NCBI GenBank assembly: GCA_000146045.2
Contig: BK006944.2
Coordinates: 96,001-160,000, forward strand
Origin: TPA_inf: Saccharomyces
Lineage: Eukaryota
Reading direction: 5' to 3'
Length of the DNA: 64,000 bases
Under the pieces are notes generated by a model. That model saw only the letters and a list, made by a program, of their open reading frames with translations, was not told where the DNA came from and ran no database searches. Positions 31,475 to 41,931 of this stretch are shown here, piece after piece. How positions within the stretch are numbered: the stretch's first letter is position 1; the number at the start of each line of letters is the position of its first letter. Made by a program: the position numbers and the translations under genes.

Positions 31475-34261
31475 ATGTTTACGTCGCAGCGACAGCTTCG
31501 ACAAAATGGGAGTCCGATGTCATCATCACGTTCATCACAACATTCCTCTGGTACAGCGTCGCCGATATCAGACTCTCCAGCATCGAATCGCAGCTATGGA
31601 AGAGATCTACGAGGCTTAATGGGAATTGATATACCTGCTAACGAACCAGCTTTTAACAGGGCCAATAGCAGTGATACAATCTATTTCAGGCCTAAGAAGA
31701 TTTACAAAATGGAACATGAGCACCCATCACGATCTACTTTAGTACAACTGCAGACAAGATCGCAGCCGGACGATGTCGCAAGTAGTCAAGTAAACCCTGA
31801 AGGCGGAACCGACGATCTAGAGCTGGGCGATCCGTGTGGCAATCAATCTTTATACACTATAGGGGCGGAGTACGTTCCAGATTTAGACTTTACAAAGCTA
31901 GTGAATGAGTGGCAAAAGTCCACCGAGGATTTGTATGAGTTCAGAAGCAGTGCCACTCCGCAGGTACAAATCAAAGACAGTGGAAAGGGAAACTACGAAC
32001 TTTGGAGCTCACCGGATGCAATATTGACTCAAAACAAACTTCGAAGAGATAGTTTTTCGCAAGAGAACAGTGATTCGTTAAGTCCAGAAGATTCTATTTT
32101 ATCAAGAAATTTGCATTCTAAGGTCAAACCCATCCCTCTGCCCAGAAACAGCCAGCAAATATTTACACCCCTGTCCAACTTAGAAGCGGAAAGGAGATCC
32201 TCATATACAACTAGTAGCAACAACAATAGCATAACACAGAATAATAAATTCTCTTTTGCGAAGTTAAAGTATTCACTTCCAACTCAAAGTTCTGCAGTTC
32301 CTGCGTCGTTCGATTCAAATGCTTCGTCACTAAATTTTCTTCCGACTACTACATTATCGACCTTATCAGAGCTACAAATAAGCCCCAACGATATGATGGA
32401 TTTGATTCAGAAGCTTCCCAGAAATTTTTTGAACTTGCCGTATACTCAAAGGAAAAAGGTGATTATCGAGCATGCACCATCTCATGACTACAAGGCCATG
32501 ATGTCCCTAGTTAAGAAGTTTATGTTAACATCTTCTAGAAGTAACTTTTCTCTCGCTGGGTTTGCCAATAATGCTTCAGTTTCGCAGGCCACGGCTAATG
32601 ATGATAACATCAATAGTAGGAACACGCCCAATAATAGCAATGACACCTACGTAAATACGCGTCCACTTCAAAGATCTAGGCACGGTTCCATTGCATCCCA
32701 ATTTTTAAGTTCTTTTTCACCTTCGATGACGTCAATAGCTAAAATGAATTCGAACCCATTGAGTGGAAGCGCAGGTGGCAGTGCGAGACCAGACGATAAG
32801 GGTATGGAAATACTAGGTCATCGGTTGGGTAAAATCATAGGTTTCGGCGCATGGGGGATCATACGGGAATGCTTTGATATTGAAACTGGTGTTGGTAGAG
32901 TGATAAAAATTGTGAAGTTCAAAGGACACCAAAATATCAAGAAACATGTGCTGAGAGAAGTAGCCATATGGAGGACTTTGAAGCATAACAGAATACTCCC
33001 CCTTTTAGATTGGAAGCTTGATGACAACTATGCAATGTATTGTTTAACGGAAAGAATTAACGATGGTACCTTATACGACTTGGTAATATCTTGGGACGAA
33101 TTCAAACGTTCGAAGATACCATTTGCAGAGAGATGCAGATTGACCATTTTTTTAAGCTTACAACTATTATCTGCATTAAAGTACATGCATTCCAAAACGA
33201 TTGTTCATGGTGACATCAAATTAGAAAACTGTCTGTTACAAAAAGAAGGTAAAAAATCGGATTGGAAGGTTTTCCTATGCGATTTTGGAATGAGTTGCCA
33301 CTTCGATGAGAAGCATGTTTATCGTAACGATACTTTTGATGAAAACTTGAGTAGTGGCAACAGCCATAGAAAGAGAAAAAGTATTGAACAAACTAATTTG
33401 ATAAAGTATCCCACAACCAATTTTTTACCTGACGACCGAACTAATGATTTTGACGCTAGTGAAAACTTAAAATACCAATTTGAAAATCGAAAGCATCAAC
33501 CGTTTACACCAAAAGGAATGGTTAGCTCCAGTTCACATTCATTAAAGCATCTCAATCAACCATCCTCTTCTTCTTCTTCTAATCTATTTCACAAGCCAGC
33601 CTCTCAACCTCAACCACAGCATCGGAGTCCCTTTCATGGGAGGCACAAGACAACCGATTTTTCAAACCTGGAACCCGAACCTTCTAAATATATCGGATCT
33701 CTGCCTTACGCTTCGCCAGAACTTCTAAGATACTCAGATGCAAGACGTTCAAAATCAGTTGAAATGCATATTTATGATTCACCAGACTCCTCTCAATCGG
33801 AAATTAGCGCAGCATCATCATCTTCCTCTAATTTATCTTCTCTATCATCCTCTACAAAGGCGTCCGCAGTCACGAATTCCGGTGTAACTACAAGTTCACC
33901 GTCTGGTTCATCGACTGATTTTCCATGTATTGTTTCTCCTTTAGGACCAGCATCCGATATTTGGGCCTTGGGAGTAATGCTATATACAATGTTAGTAGGA
34001 AAATTACCCTTTAATCATGAGTTCGAACCTAGGTTACGCTCTCTGATTAAAGTAGGCGAATTTGACCGATTTTCTTTAGCTCAGGTCTGTAAATTTGACA
34101 GGAAAAAAAATGAAGGAACGATTGGTCAAGGCTTGTATGACACAGTCATTGGATGTTTGACGATTGACTTGGATAAGAGGTGGAAATTGAAAAGGATTGA
34201 AGAAGTCCTTCAAAACGAAATGAACCTAAGCGAGGCCATTCACGATAATAATGGCTCATGA
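31475..34261 (+). CDS. NNK1: Nitrogen network kinase (Ser/Thr protein kinase), 928 aa.
   Basis: Long Ser/Asn-rich N-terminus. The C-terminal kinase domain has VHGDIKLENCLL, DFGMS and APE motifs, with a large insert between kinase subdomains VII and VIII. Confidence 0.92.
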   Translation: MFTSQRQLRQNGSPMSSSRSSQHSSGTASPISDSPASNRSYGRDLRGLMGIDIPANEPAFNRANSSDTIYFRPKKIYKMEHEHPSRSTLVQLQTRSQPDDVASSQVNPEGGTDDLELGDPCGNQSLYTIGAEYVPDLDFTKLVNEWQKSTEDLYEFRSSATPQVQIKDSGKGNYELWSSPDAILTQNKLRRDSFSQENSDSLSPEDSILSRNLHSKVKPIPLPRNSQQIFTPLSNLEAERRSSYTTSSNNNSITQNNKFSFAKLKYSLPTQSSAVPASFDSNASSLNFLPTTTLSTLSELQISPNDMMDLIQKLPRNFLNLPYTQRKKVIIEHAPSHDYKAMMSLVKKFMLTSSRSNFSLAGFANNASVSQATANDDNINSRNTPNNSNDTYVNTRPLQRSRHGSIASQFLSSFSPSMTSIAKMNSNPLSGSAGGSARPDDKGMEILGHRLGKIIGFGAWGIIRECFDIETGVGRVIKIVKFKGHQNIKKHVLREVAIWRTLKHNRILPLLDWKLDDNYAMYCLTERINDGTLYDLVISWDEFKRSKIPFAERCRLTIFLSLQLLSALKYMHSKTIVHGDIKLENCLLQKEGKKSDWKVFLCDFGMSCHFDEKHVYRNDTFDENLSSGNSHRKRKSIEQTNLIKYPTTNFLPDDRTNDFDASENLKYQFENRKHQPFTPKGMVSSSSHSLKHLNQPSSSSSSNLFHKPASQPQPQHRSPFHGRHKTTDFSNLEPEPSKYIGSLPYASPELLRYSDARRSKSVEMHIYDSPDSSQSEISAASSSSSNLSSLSSSTKASAVTNSGVTTSSPSGSSTDFPCIVSPLGPASDIWALGVMLYTMLVGKLPFNHEFEPRLRSLIKVGEFDRFSLAQVCKFDRKKNEGTIGQGLYDTVIGCLTIDLDKRWKLKRIEEVLQNEMNLSEAIHDNNGS

Positions 34262-34624
34262 CTTATGATTAATGATATTGATTGCATTGAAAAAATACAT
34301 ACATTGTGCTTACTTTTTTTTCTCCCATTTTATAAATTATAACGAACTTCATAATTACTATTACGAAATATGTAAATAAGTATTTTTATCGCATATTTGA
34401 TGCCTCTATCACTTATTTGGCGCTATTCATTGCGACTCGTGCAACGTGCGAAAACTCAGAATATTTTTTTGAACAGCCTTAAATCATGTTGCTAAATGAC
34501 GGATGGAAGAAAAGGGACCTATAGAAGAGTTCGGATAAATTGTGAAGCGTGGATATTGGCATAGCGGATTTGTAGAACGGTGTGTCGTCAACCCTTTGAG
34601 ATCTGGATAAGCCATATTTTCTAA

Positions 34625-35050
<426 letters not shown>

Positions 35051-35287
35051 GAATAAAAGTACCCCCATTTTCCATTCATTAACGTTATAATCAAGGGACT
35101 GTAAACCAGCAAAAGAGCTTTGTCGTCATTATTTAATTAACCACCTGTATATATTGCTTAAATTTTAATGTATGACTTTAACTTTGAAAACGCATGAACG
35201 TGCTGCTGACGTTCTACTCATTGGAGTTGTATTCTTTTTCTTGTCTTATTCTATAATTGCATGCCGTGAATATTGTATACAAGATAT

Positions 35288-37492
35288 TTATGTGGAATCA
35301 TATATTAGGCAGCAATTCGTACTTTTCATCCACTGCATATCTAAAAGTTTGCCAACAGAAATCCTTTTTCTTGGTTCCCATTGAAAGATGCGATATAATG
35401 CGATTTTTCTATTTGTGGCCAACTCTGAGTTTACGTGCTTTAATTCTTCGAATACCCTAAACTGGTTTTTACGCTGCATTTCCTTGTAAAATTCATCATA
35501 AGACATATCTTTTTCTCTCGAAGCTACTTTCCAAAGATAATGCCCCAATATCATTGTTATATAAACAACGCCACAACTCCAACAGTCAATCAGTCTTGGA
35601 TCGTAATACTCCCCATCAACAAACTCTTCTGGAGCTACGTAAGGCTCTGATCCAATTATACCCTTTTGAGCATGAACCCTCCTTTCCCAAGCGGTTTGAA
35701 ATACAGAACTTGTACCGAAGTCACATATTTTCAATAGACCATGCGGATAAAAGAGAATATTTTCAGGTTTTAAATCACAATGAGCGATACCATGATCATG
35801 CATGAACTTAACACCATGAAGCAGTTGCTTCATGAAACAATCGGCTTCTAACGGATGTAATCGGCCCTTTAATTTCGACTTACCGACCAGCATACCATAA
35901 AGGTCACCAGCAGGGCAAAATTCCATTACTTCAATAAACGAAGAACTGTCTTCTAGAATATCAAATACGTTTAGAATATTGGGGGCTGGTTTTTTACCAT
36001 TTTTGTGGTAGTGGCTCAAGGAATGCCCAATAATAAACTCAGAGGTGATCTTTGTACAGAACTTCTCTAAATCACTGTCTGGTTTGGGTTTCAATTCTTT
36101 CACAGCATAGTATATGTATTTGCTATCATGATATGTTTCAAATGGGGGGGAGTCCTTTTCATTCCGTAGTCTGGCACACAGCTTAACTTCACCGTAAGCT
36201 CCAGCGCCAACGAGACCAACAGGATGGCCATAATTATCTTGAAAAGTAGGTGCTTGCTCGCCGATACACTCAGCCGGTTTTAGATTTTTTTCTTGCAAAT
36301 AATTTTGTAAACTTTTATGAATTCTGCTTGATAATGAATTAATCAACTTCAACTCATCACTGCCCAATGATGCGTCGGGATTCACTATTTTTAGATAATC
36401 TTCCCTTCCTTGCGTGGGCGAGCTGCGGTTGCTATCGTTAGGACTTTGACCGGTTCTTTTCTCATGGTTTGTCTGAGATTTTTCTACGTTTGGCAGAAGA
36501 GATAAAGCGTTTTCAATATCGCATTCATTTTTATGATGTTTGAATAGACCAGAAAGAGTAATACCTAATCTTGGTCTAGATAATGATCCCTGTCGATGTG
36601 CCGGTAAGGAGTTACCTTTCTCTAATTTCGCAATTACCCCTGATAACTTTATATTATGTTCATGACTTCCGTCTTCGTAAACTTTGAAGCCATTTTGCTC
36701 AATTATACATTGCACATCTGCTCCTGCAAATCGAGGCAAGCTCTCCAAACTTTCTTCATCTGGATGTGACCTCCTGGTGTATAACCTTTCATTATAGAAT
36801 TGCTTGGAGGGGAGAGGATTTGGATATGATGTTGCTCTGCGTAAAGCCTTCTTATTGTAGTCATCTATGTAATTATACGGCGCCCGGTCTTTACTTTTCA
36901 GTATATCTTTGTTCGAGCCACGATAAGGTGTGAGGTCATTGTCTGAATCATCTAGTAAAGAATCCATAGCCCATTGACTGTCTGATGAACTTGTCGTTCC
37001 ATTTGAACTGTCACATGACGAAACAGATGAACTTCTTGAACGTGGACGCCGTATGCCATGAAAAGTATGAGAAGCAGATCTTTTGTATTCTGGTAAACTG
37101 TTAACAATTTCCTGTTCTTCCCCAGATATAGAGCGATGTCTGGTAGGACTATTACTAGCACCACTTCCTGTCTGTCTAAATGGATGTGACAGGCCCGGGG
37201 TGCAACACTTCAATGTATAACTACGCTGGCGTATTGGAGAATTTTTTGGATCTAAAATTTGTGCGGATACGGTTGATCGTCTTGGTGGCTCAGAGCTTCT
37301 CTTGGGTGAGGTAGAAGACGATCGATAAGGAATTCGGGTGACATTAATAGGACTTGAATCTCTTGAACGAGGCGGCCTGAAAAGGTTTTTAAAGGACTCA
37401 GAAAATGACCTTACTCTTCTTGTCACAGGTTGTTGCCGCTTCTTCTCCTCCTGCATTACCATTGATGCTGTCAATGTTTTTGAGTCCATCAT
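35288..37492 (-). CDS. KKQ8: Putative Ser/Thr protein kinase, Hal5 paralogue. Start assigned to the first ATG (734 aa); the in-frame ATG at 37462 (M11) would give a 724-aa product.
   Basis: Ser-rich N-terminal half, then a kinase domain with [19 protein letters not shown] and GSEPYVAPE motifs. Which ATG is used cannot be decided from sequence. Confidence 0.88.
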   Translation of the reverse strand: MMDSKTLTASMVMQEEKKRQQPVTRRVRSFSESFKNLFRPPRSRDSSPINVTRIPYRSSSTSPKRSSEPPRRSTVSAQILDPKNSPIRQRSYTLKCCTPGLSHPFRQTGSGASNSPTRHRSISGEEQEIVNSLPEYKRSASHTFHGIRRPRSRSSSVSSCDSSNGTTSSSDSQWAMDSLLDDSDNDLTPYRGSNKDILKSKDRAPYNYIDDYNKKALRRATSYPNPLPSKQFYNERLYTRRSHPDEESLESLPRFAGADVQCIIEQNGFKVYEDGSHEHNIKLSGVIAKLEKGNSLPAHRQGSLSRPRLGITLSGLFKHHKNECDIENALSLLPNVEKSQTNHEKRTGQSPNDSNRSSPTQGREDYLKIVNPDASLGSDELKLINSLSSRIHKSLQNYLQEKNLKPAECIGEQAPTFQDNYGHPVGLVGAGAYGEVKLCARLRNEKDSPPFETYHDSKYIYYAVKELKPKPDSDLEKFCTKITSEFIIGHSLSHYHKNGKKPAPNILNVFDILEDSSSFIEVMEFCPAGDLYGMLVGKSKLKGRLHPLEADCFMKQLLHGVKFMHDHGIAHCDLKPENILFYPHGLLKICDFGTSSVFQTAWERRVHAQKGIIGSEPYVAPEEFVDGEYYDPRLIDCWSCGVVYITMILGHYLWKVASREKDMSYDEFYKEMQRKNQFRVFEELKHVNSELATNRKIALYRIFQWEPRKRISVGKLLDMQWMKSTNCCLIYDST

Positions 37493-37720
37493 GCAATTAA
37501 ACTAGCTAGTTGAAGTGAAAATGAAATTTCCTTATTTTCCACAAGAAATACGCGGAGGGCAAAAAAAGGGACCCAAGGGCTGACAATATTCAGCACAATC
37601 CTACTTATTGTACTCTAAATTATATACTTATATGCCCCATAAGTGAGTTTTGAATTTACATATTTCCATGAAGGGCAATGTTTTTTGATATATACATGAA
37701 CAAACTTATCGAGAGAAAGC

Positions 37721-38134
37721 TTATATAATACTTTCTTGCGGTCCAACTCTTATGATCTCATTTTCAGGAAGAGGAACGTGCTCTATTTTGTCAAGTAAGT
37801 CTTTCATTATATCTTCATGCATTTTATTACGCATATCAATAGTCTCTACAACGGAGCCTTCATGAGATAAAATCTCCAGTTTGCATGGAACGCTTTTTTG
37901 CTTGTCTTCGTTCTTTATCCTTATCACGTCAAACTTCATTCTTGGATTATAGAACTGCAAAGTGGGTAGGTAGTTATGCCAAAAAACTCTGGCACCCATA
38001 TGTCCATTGTGGTTTTTCGTTTGAAAAGTCAATCTAAGACCTGAGTATTTTTTAGGATCGACTAGAATCTGCGGTAGTCTGGTAGTGGCGCTAATTTTAT
38101 TCAAAAATTTTAACTGTTGTGCAACCTTAGACAT
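37721..38134 (-). CDS. MRP49: Mitochondrial ribosomal protein, 137 aa.
   Basis: 137-aa ATG ORF at the YKL167C position between KKQ8 and TPK3. Confidence 0.85.
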   Translation of the reverse strand: MSKVAQQLKFLNKISATTRLPQILVDPKKYSGLRLTFQTKNHNGHMGARVFWHNYLPTLQFYNPRMKFDVIRIKNEDKQKSVPCKLEILSHEGSVVETIDMRNKMHEDIMKDLLDKIEHVPLPENEIIRVGPQESII

Positions 38135-38508
38135 CTTCTTATTGTAGCAGGCTCACTTATGTTATACTGTTCTTCTATTAATGAGTTTTATGGCCGATTC
38201 TTACAGATATCCTGTTTTCCCTGGGTGAAAAGTCCTAGATCACTTTGAACGTCCCAGTCTTCTGAGGACGCAAATGTAGTCACAATATGGCGTATATGAA
38301 TGCTCCTTTATTTATCTGTATACACCTCTATTGAATAGACGTACGTAGATATATACATGTACATATATGCATGTGTCACTTTTTTATCATGGCCCTGTTA
38401 GACTCACCAAGAATCTATAACCAGGTTTGTTTGTGCTTTTTCTTGTTCTTGTTTTTACTTTTATTGATTTTTTTTTTTTTTCAATTACAATTATCCCACT
38501 GAACCTCC

Positions 38509-39705
38509 TTAAAATTCTTTCATTAAATCCATATATGGATCCTCCCCTTGAATTCCATAGTTGAATTCCTCTTCAGGGTATCTGTCAAATTGAGAAGTGT
38601 CACCTTGGCCCTGTTGGATTGGTGGTTCGTACGGCGTTTCTATGTATCTTGCTAACAATTTCTCCCATATCACTTCGTTAAACCACGGATGGTTCTTGAC
38701 ATCTTCACTTCCATTTTGTAAGTTACCCAACCTTTCACTTAAGTCTCTGGTAATTAGCTTCTTCAATAAGTCCTGCGCGTCTGGATGGAAAAATGGTGGG
38801 AACTTCAATTCGGCGTTCAGTATATTTTCGTAAGTTTTCATGGTGTTCGAATTGTAAAATGGAGTGTATCCGGCAAGCATTTCATAGATTAGCACACCAA
38901 AACTCCACCAATCCACTGATTTATTATACGGTTTTGTACTGACCACTTCCGGCGCTATGTAATCTGGTGTGCCACATAATGTGTATGTGACATCGGGAAC
39001 GTATTTTGCGAAGCCAAAGTCGGTTATCTTGATATGGCCGTTTTTATCTAGAAGGATATTTTCTGGTTTCAAGTCTCTATATATTATATCCTTACTGTGC
39101 AAATATTCCAACGCTAAGCATACCTCTGCGGCATAAAATTTGGCTACTGGGTTGGGAAATCTTTGAGATTTACGTAGTAAAGAAAATAATTCACCACCTT
39201 CAATGTAGTCCATTACCATGAAAACTTGCTGAGAATCTTGGAACGTTCCCCACATTCGAATGATGAATGGATGTGAAACAATTGAAAGCATTCGGCGTTC
39301 GTCATTGGTGTGTTCAACCTGCTTCAGCTTCACTATAGTGTGCTTTTTCAATGTCTTCAAAGCGTAAAACCTCCCATTGTGATTGGAACGAATTAGGTGA
39401 ACTCTCCCAAATGAGCCAGTTCCCAAAGTTCTTAAAATCTGAAAGTCACTTAGGGAATACTTTCCTGAGGTATCTCTATATTGTAGCATTGGTTTTTTAA
39501 CCAAACAAATACCTGCAGACGCTTCTTCTTTCAACTTTCCGCTGTTTCTTCCATTTATCTCCACGGGTGTGTTGGAAGAACATTCCTCATGCACCGAATG
39601 TGCGTTTACAGGAATGTCTTGTCCAACGTTATCTGGAGTTGTTTCTGTCTTGGCAGTAATGCTTAATTTCCTGATTTCATTGTTGTTCATCGGATCAACA
39701 TACAT
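38509..39705 (-). CDS. TPK3: cAMP-dependent protein kinase catalytic subunit 3, 398 aa. The track ORF is extended 10 codons by a TTG start.
   Basis: AGC kinase: GTGSFGRV glycine loop, [22 protein letters not shown] and a C-terminal FxxF. N-terminus [14 protein letters not shown]. Confidence 0.95.
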   Translation of the reverse strand: MYVDPMNNNEIRKLSITAKTETTPDNVGQDIPVNAHSVHEECSSNTPVEINGRNSGKLKEEASAGICLVKKPMLQYRDTSGKYSLSDFQILRTLGTGSFGRVHLIRSNHNGRFYALKTLKKHTIVKLKQVEHTNDERRMLSIVSHPFIIRMWGTFQDSQQVFMVMDYIEGGELFSLLRKSQRFPNPVAKFYAAEVCLALEYLHSKDIIYRDLKPENILLDKNGHIKITDFGFAKYVPDVTYTLCGTPDYIAPEVVSTKPYNKSVDWWSFGVLIYEMLAGYTPFYNSNTMKTYENILNAELKFPPFFHPDAQDLLKKLITRDLSERLGNLQNGSEDVKNHPWFNEVIWEKLLARYIETPYEPPIQQGQGDTSQFDRYPEEEFNYGIQGEDPYMDLMKEF

Positions 39706-40085
39706 TTTGTGCAGGCTCGCTCTTTCCTTGTACAACCACCGATATACAATATGATTAATGTATTATTCAATAATATACGTGAAACTTTCTTATTGCTTAA
39801 AGAGTGATCGCCTATAAATTTTCTCCGACGACTGCACAAAGTGTCTCGTATGTCCACTCGAGTTTCTTACCGATAGAAGTAATAAAGCAGACAAAACTTT
39901 TAAGATCAGCTGGTAAAAAGTGTCTTTTCTTTCCATATTCTCATTGAACACAACTTTATTTTTCAATGGCATCGAAGAAATCCCGTAGCTGAAGCAACGG
40001 AAAAAAAATACCGGAAACTGCATAATGAGGCTATTCACTAAAAAGAAAGTGGTTCACCAGTATGCGTCGGAAACGTCATATAAAT

Positions 40086-40128
40086 CTATATATGTATATG
40101 TACATATATATATATATATATATATATT
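40086..40128. repeat. (TA)n / TATG dinucleotide-rich microsatellite.
   Basis: tatatatgtatatgtacatatatatatatatatatatatat in the TPK3 upstream intergenic region. Confidence 0.8.
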
Positions 40129-41931
40129 AGTGAGTATTTTAATGTATATCAAGTTTTGATAAAGATTGCAACTTGGCTTGAAATAAACGCATTTTTGCGC
40201 ACCAGAGAGTATCTGAAACGTTGACGCAATTTTGCAAAAATGCATAGTCGCTTTTCTTCAGACCTTCCTAAATCACTCGTACCTGGAACGACTTTTTGAA
40301 GAATGAAGTCGTTGTCCTCTTGAAAAAAATAGTAAATGATACGGTTGATCGGCCGGTGGCCACCGTCGTGACAAACCTAGGAACTCAATTAGGACCATGG
40401 CATATAAGTATATGTGGTCCAAGCTTCGCTGTGTAGGCCGTAATTTTGCCGGCATTTACTATATTGTTGACGAATAAGTGATAGATTTGCCATATTTATC
40501 CCTCCTAAAGCTCGGTAAAGGGAACTATCTGAGATGGATAGCTTGAAGAAAAAAAAATACTTGCTGATGGACCTCCATGTACAACTTTTGAAATAGTTGG
40601 GACATTAAATGGAGTATGGTATGCGGTTATAAAAGTAACTCCCCGAAGCTCACTTAGAGAAGAAATTGTCTTGCTAAGGTAATAGATCTTGGAAAGTTTA
40701 AACAATCGTCAATTTTTTCGCTCCTTAAGCAATTGATGTTGTTGCGTTATTTTCTGGCAACGACGACTGGCAGGTCATAGAGACCTACCCAAACCAATAA
40801 AGTCTCAAAAATTCCACTTTTCATCAAAAACTAAGGAATTAGTCTTCCTGCGGGCAGTGAATGCTTTTATCGTTATGACTTTAGTGCAAATTGTAGATAT
40901 TTCGAATGCTTTTTGCATTTAAAAATGAAAATCTATGGCCATTTCTTGTTTTAAACTCATTGAACTTTCAAGGTAAATTCACGAGCAATATATTGGCATT
41001 GTCACCACGCTACAATTCGGTAAGTTTCTCGATTCAAACTAGTAAATACAACTATTGGAAGGGCACCCGGTGCTAAGGCGAGAAAACTGCTGATTGTGTA
41101 CATTATTAGGTGTGATTAGGAAAAATGAACGCGAATAGTAATTTATTTCAAAGATGTGCTTTTTTTTTTCGCTGTATAGCTGTTACAAGACCTGCTATTA
41201 AAAAATTCACTAGCAAAAATTGCTAGTATAAAGCTATTGAAGTACTTGATGAGTTTAAATTTTTCCTTGCCGCCATTTCTTTCGACAGGAGTACTTTATC
41301 GAAAAGATAAAGGCAAAAGTTATATATTTTTAAAAACGCTCCAAATGGATAGTACTTAGACAAAGCTCAAGTAATGTATTCCTTAATGTGTCAAAATTGG
41401 CCACTATGGTTGTGATTATATTTGAATTAAACTCGTGAGAGTGTTGAAGTATTCAATTCAGTATCATTAAATGCCTCTTTTGTTTGTTAGTTCGAAAATG
41501 AGAAATTGAGACATAAAATACTGTCTTCAAACAATCGGAAAATAACACATTGATTTACCATCACAGAAGATTTTTACCTCAGTACAGTGTCGGTGGCCAA
41601 CGTGTAAAGACTTCTTATATATCCGAATTTTTTTCTTTTCAGATTTATTTTTTAGAATGAATTCCAAGACCTTGATTCCCTTATTCTTTTCTCCGCAATA
41701 GTTGCCTACTAACTGGGCATAACTTAAAAGAAGCAGATAATAAGATAACCGGAAAAAACAGGAACATTTTCTTTGATACATTTCTACTAACTTGAATAAG
41801 GTTATAGGTTAGTATTTCCCCTTGATTTTGCCTCCTTTGAGGCATTTATAGAATTATTCAACAGGTAGATTGCCCCTGTCTTTCTTAATATACATATAGG
41901 AAAATATATACATAGCGGTGGGTATGTGAAT

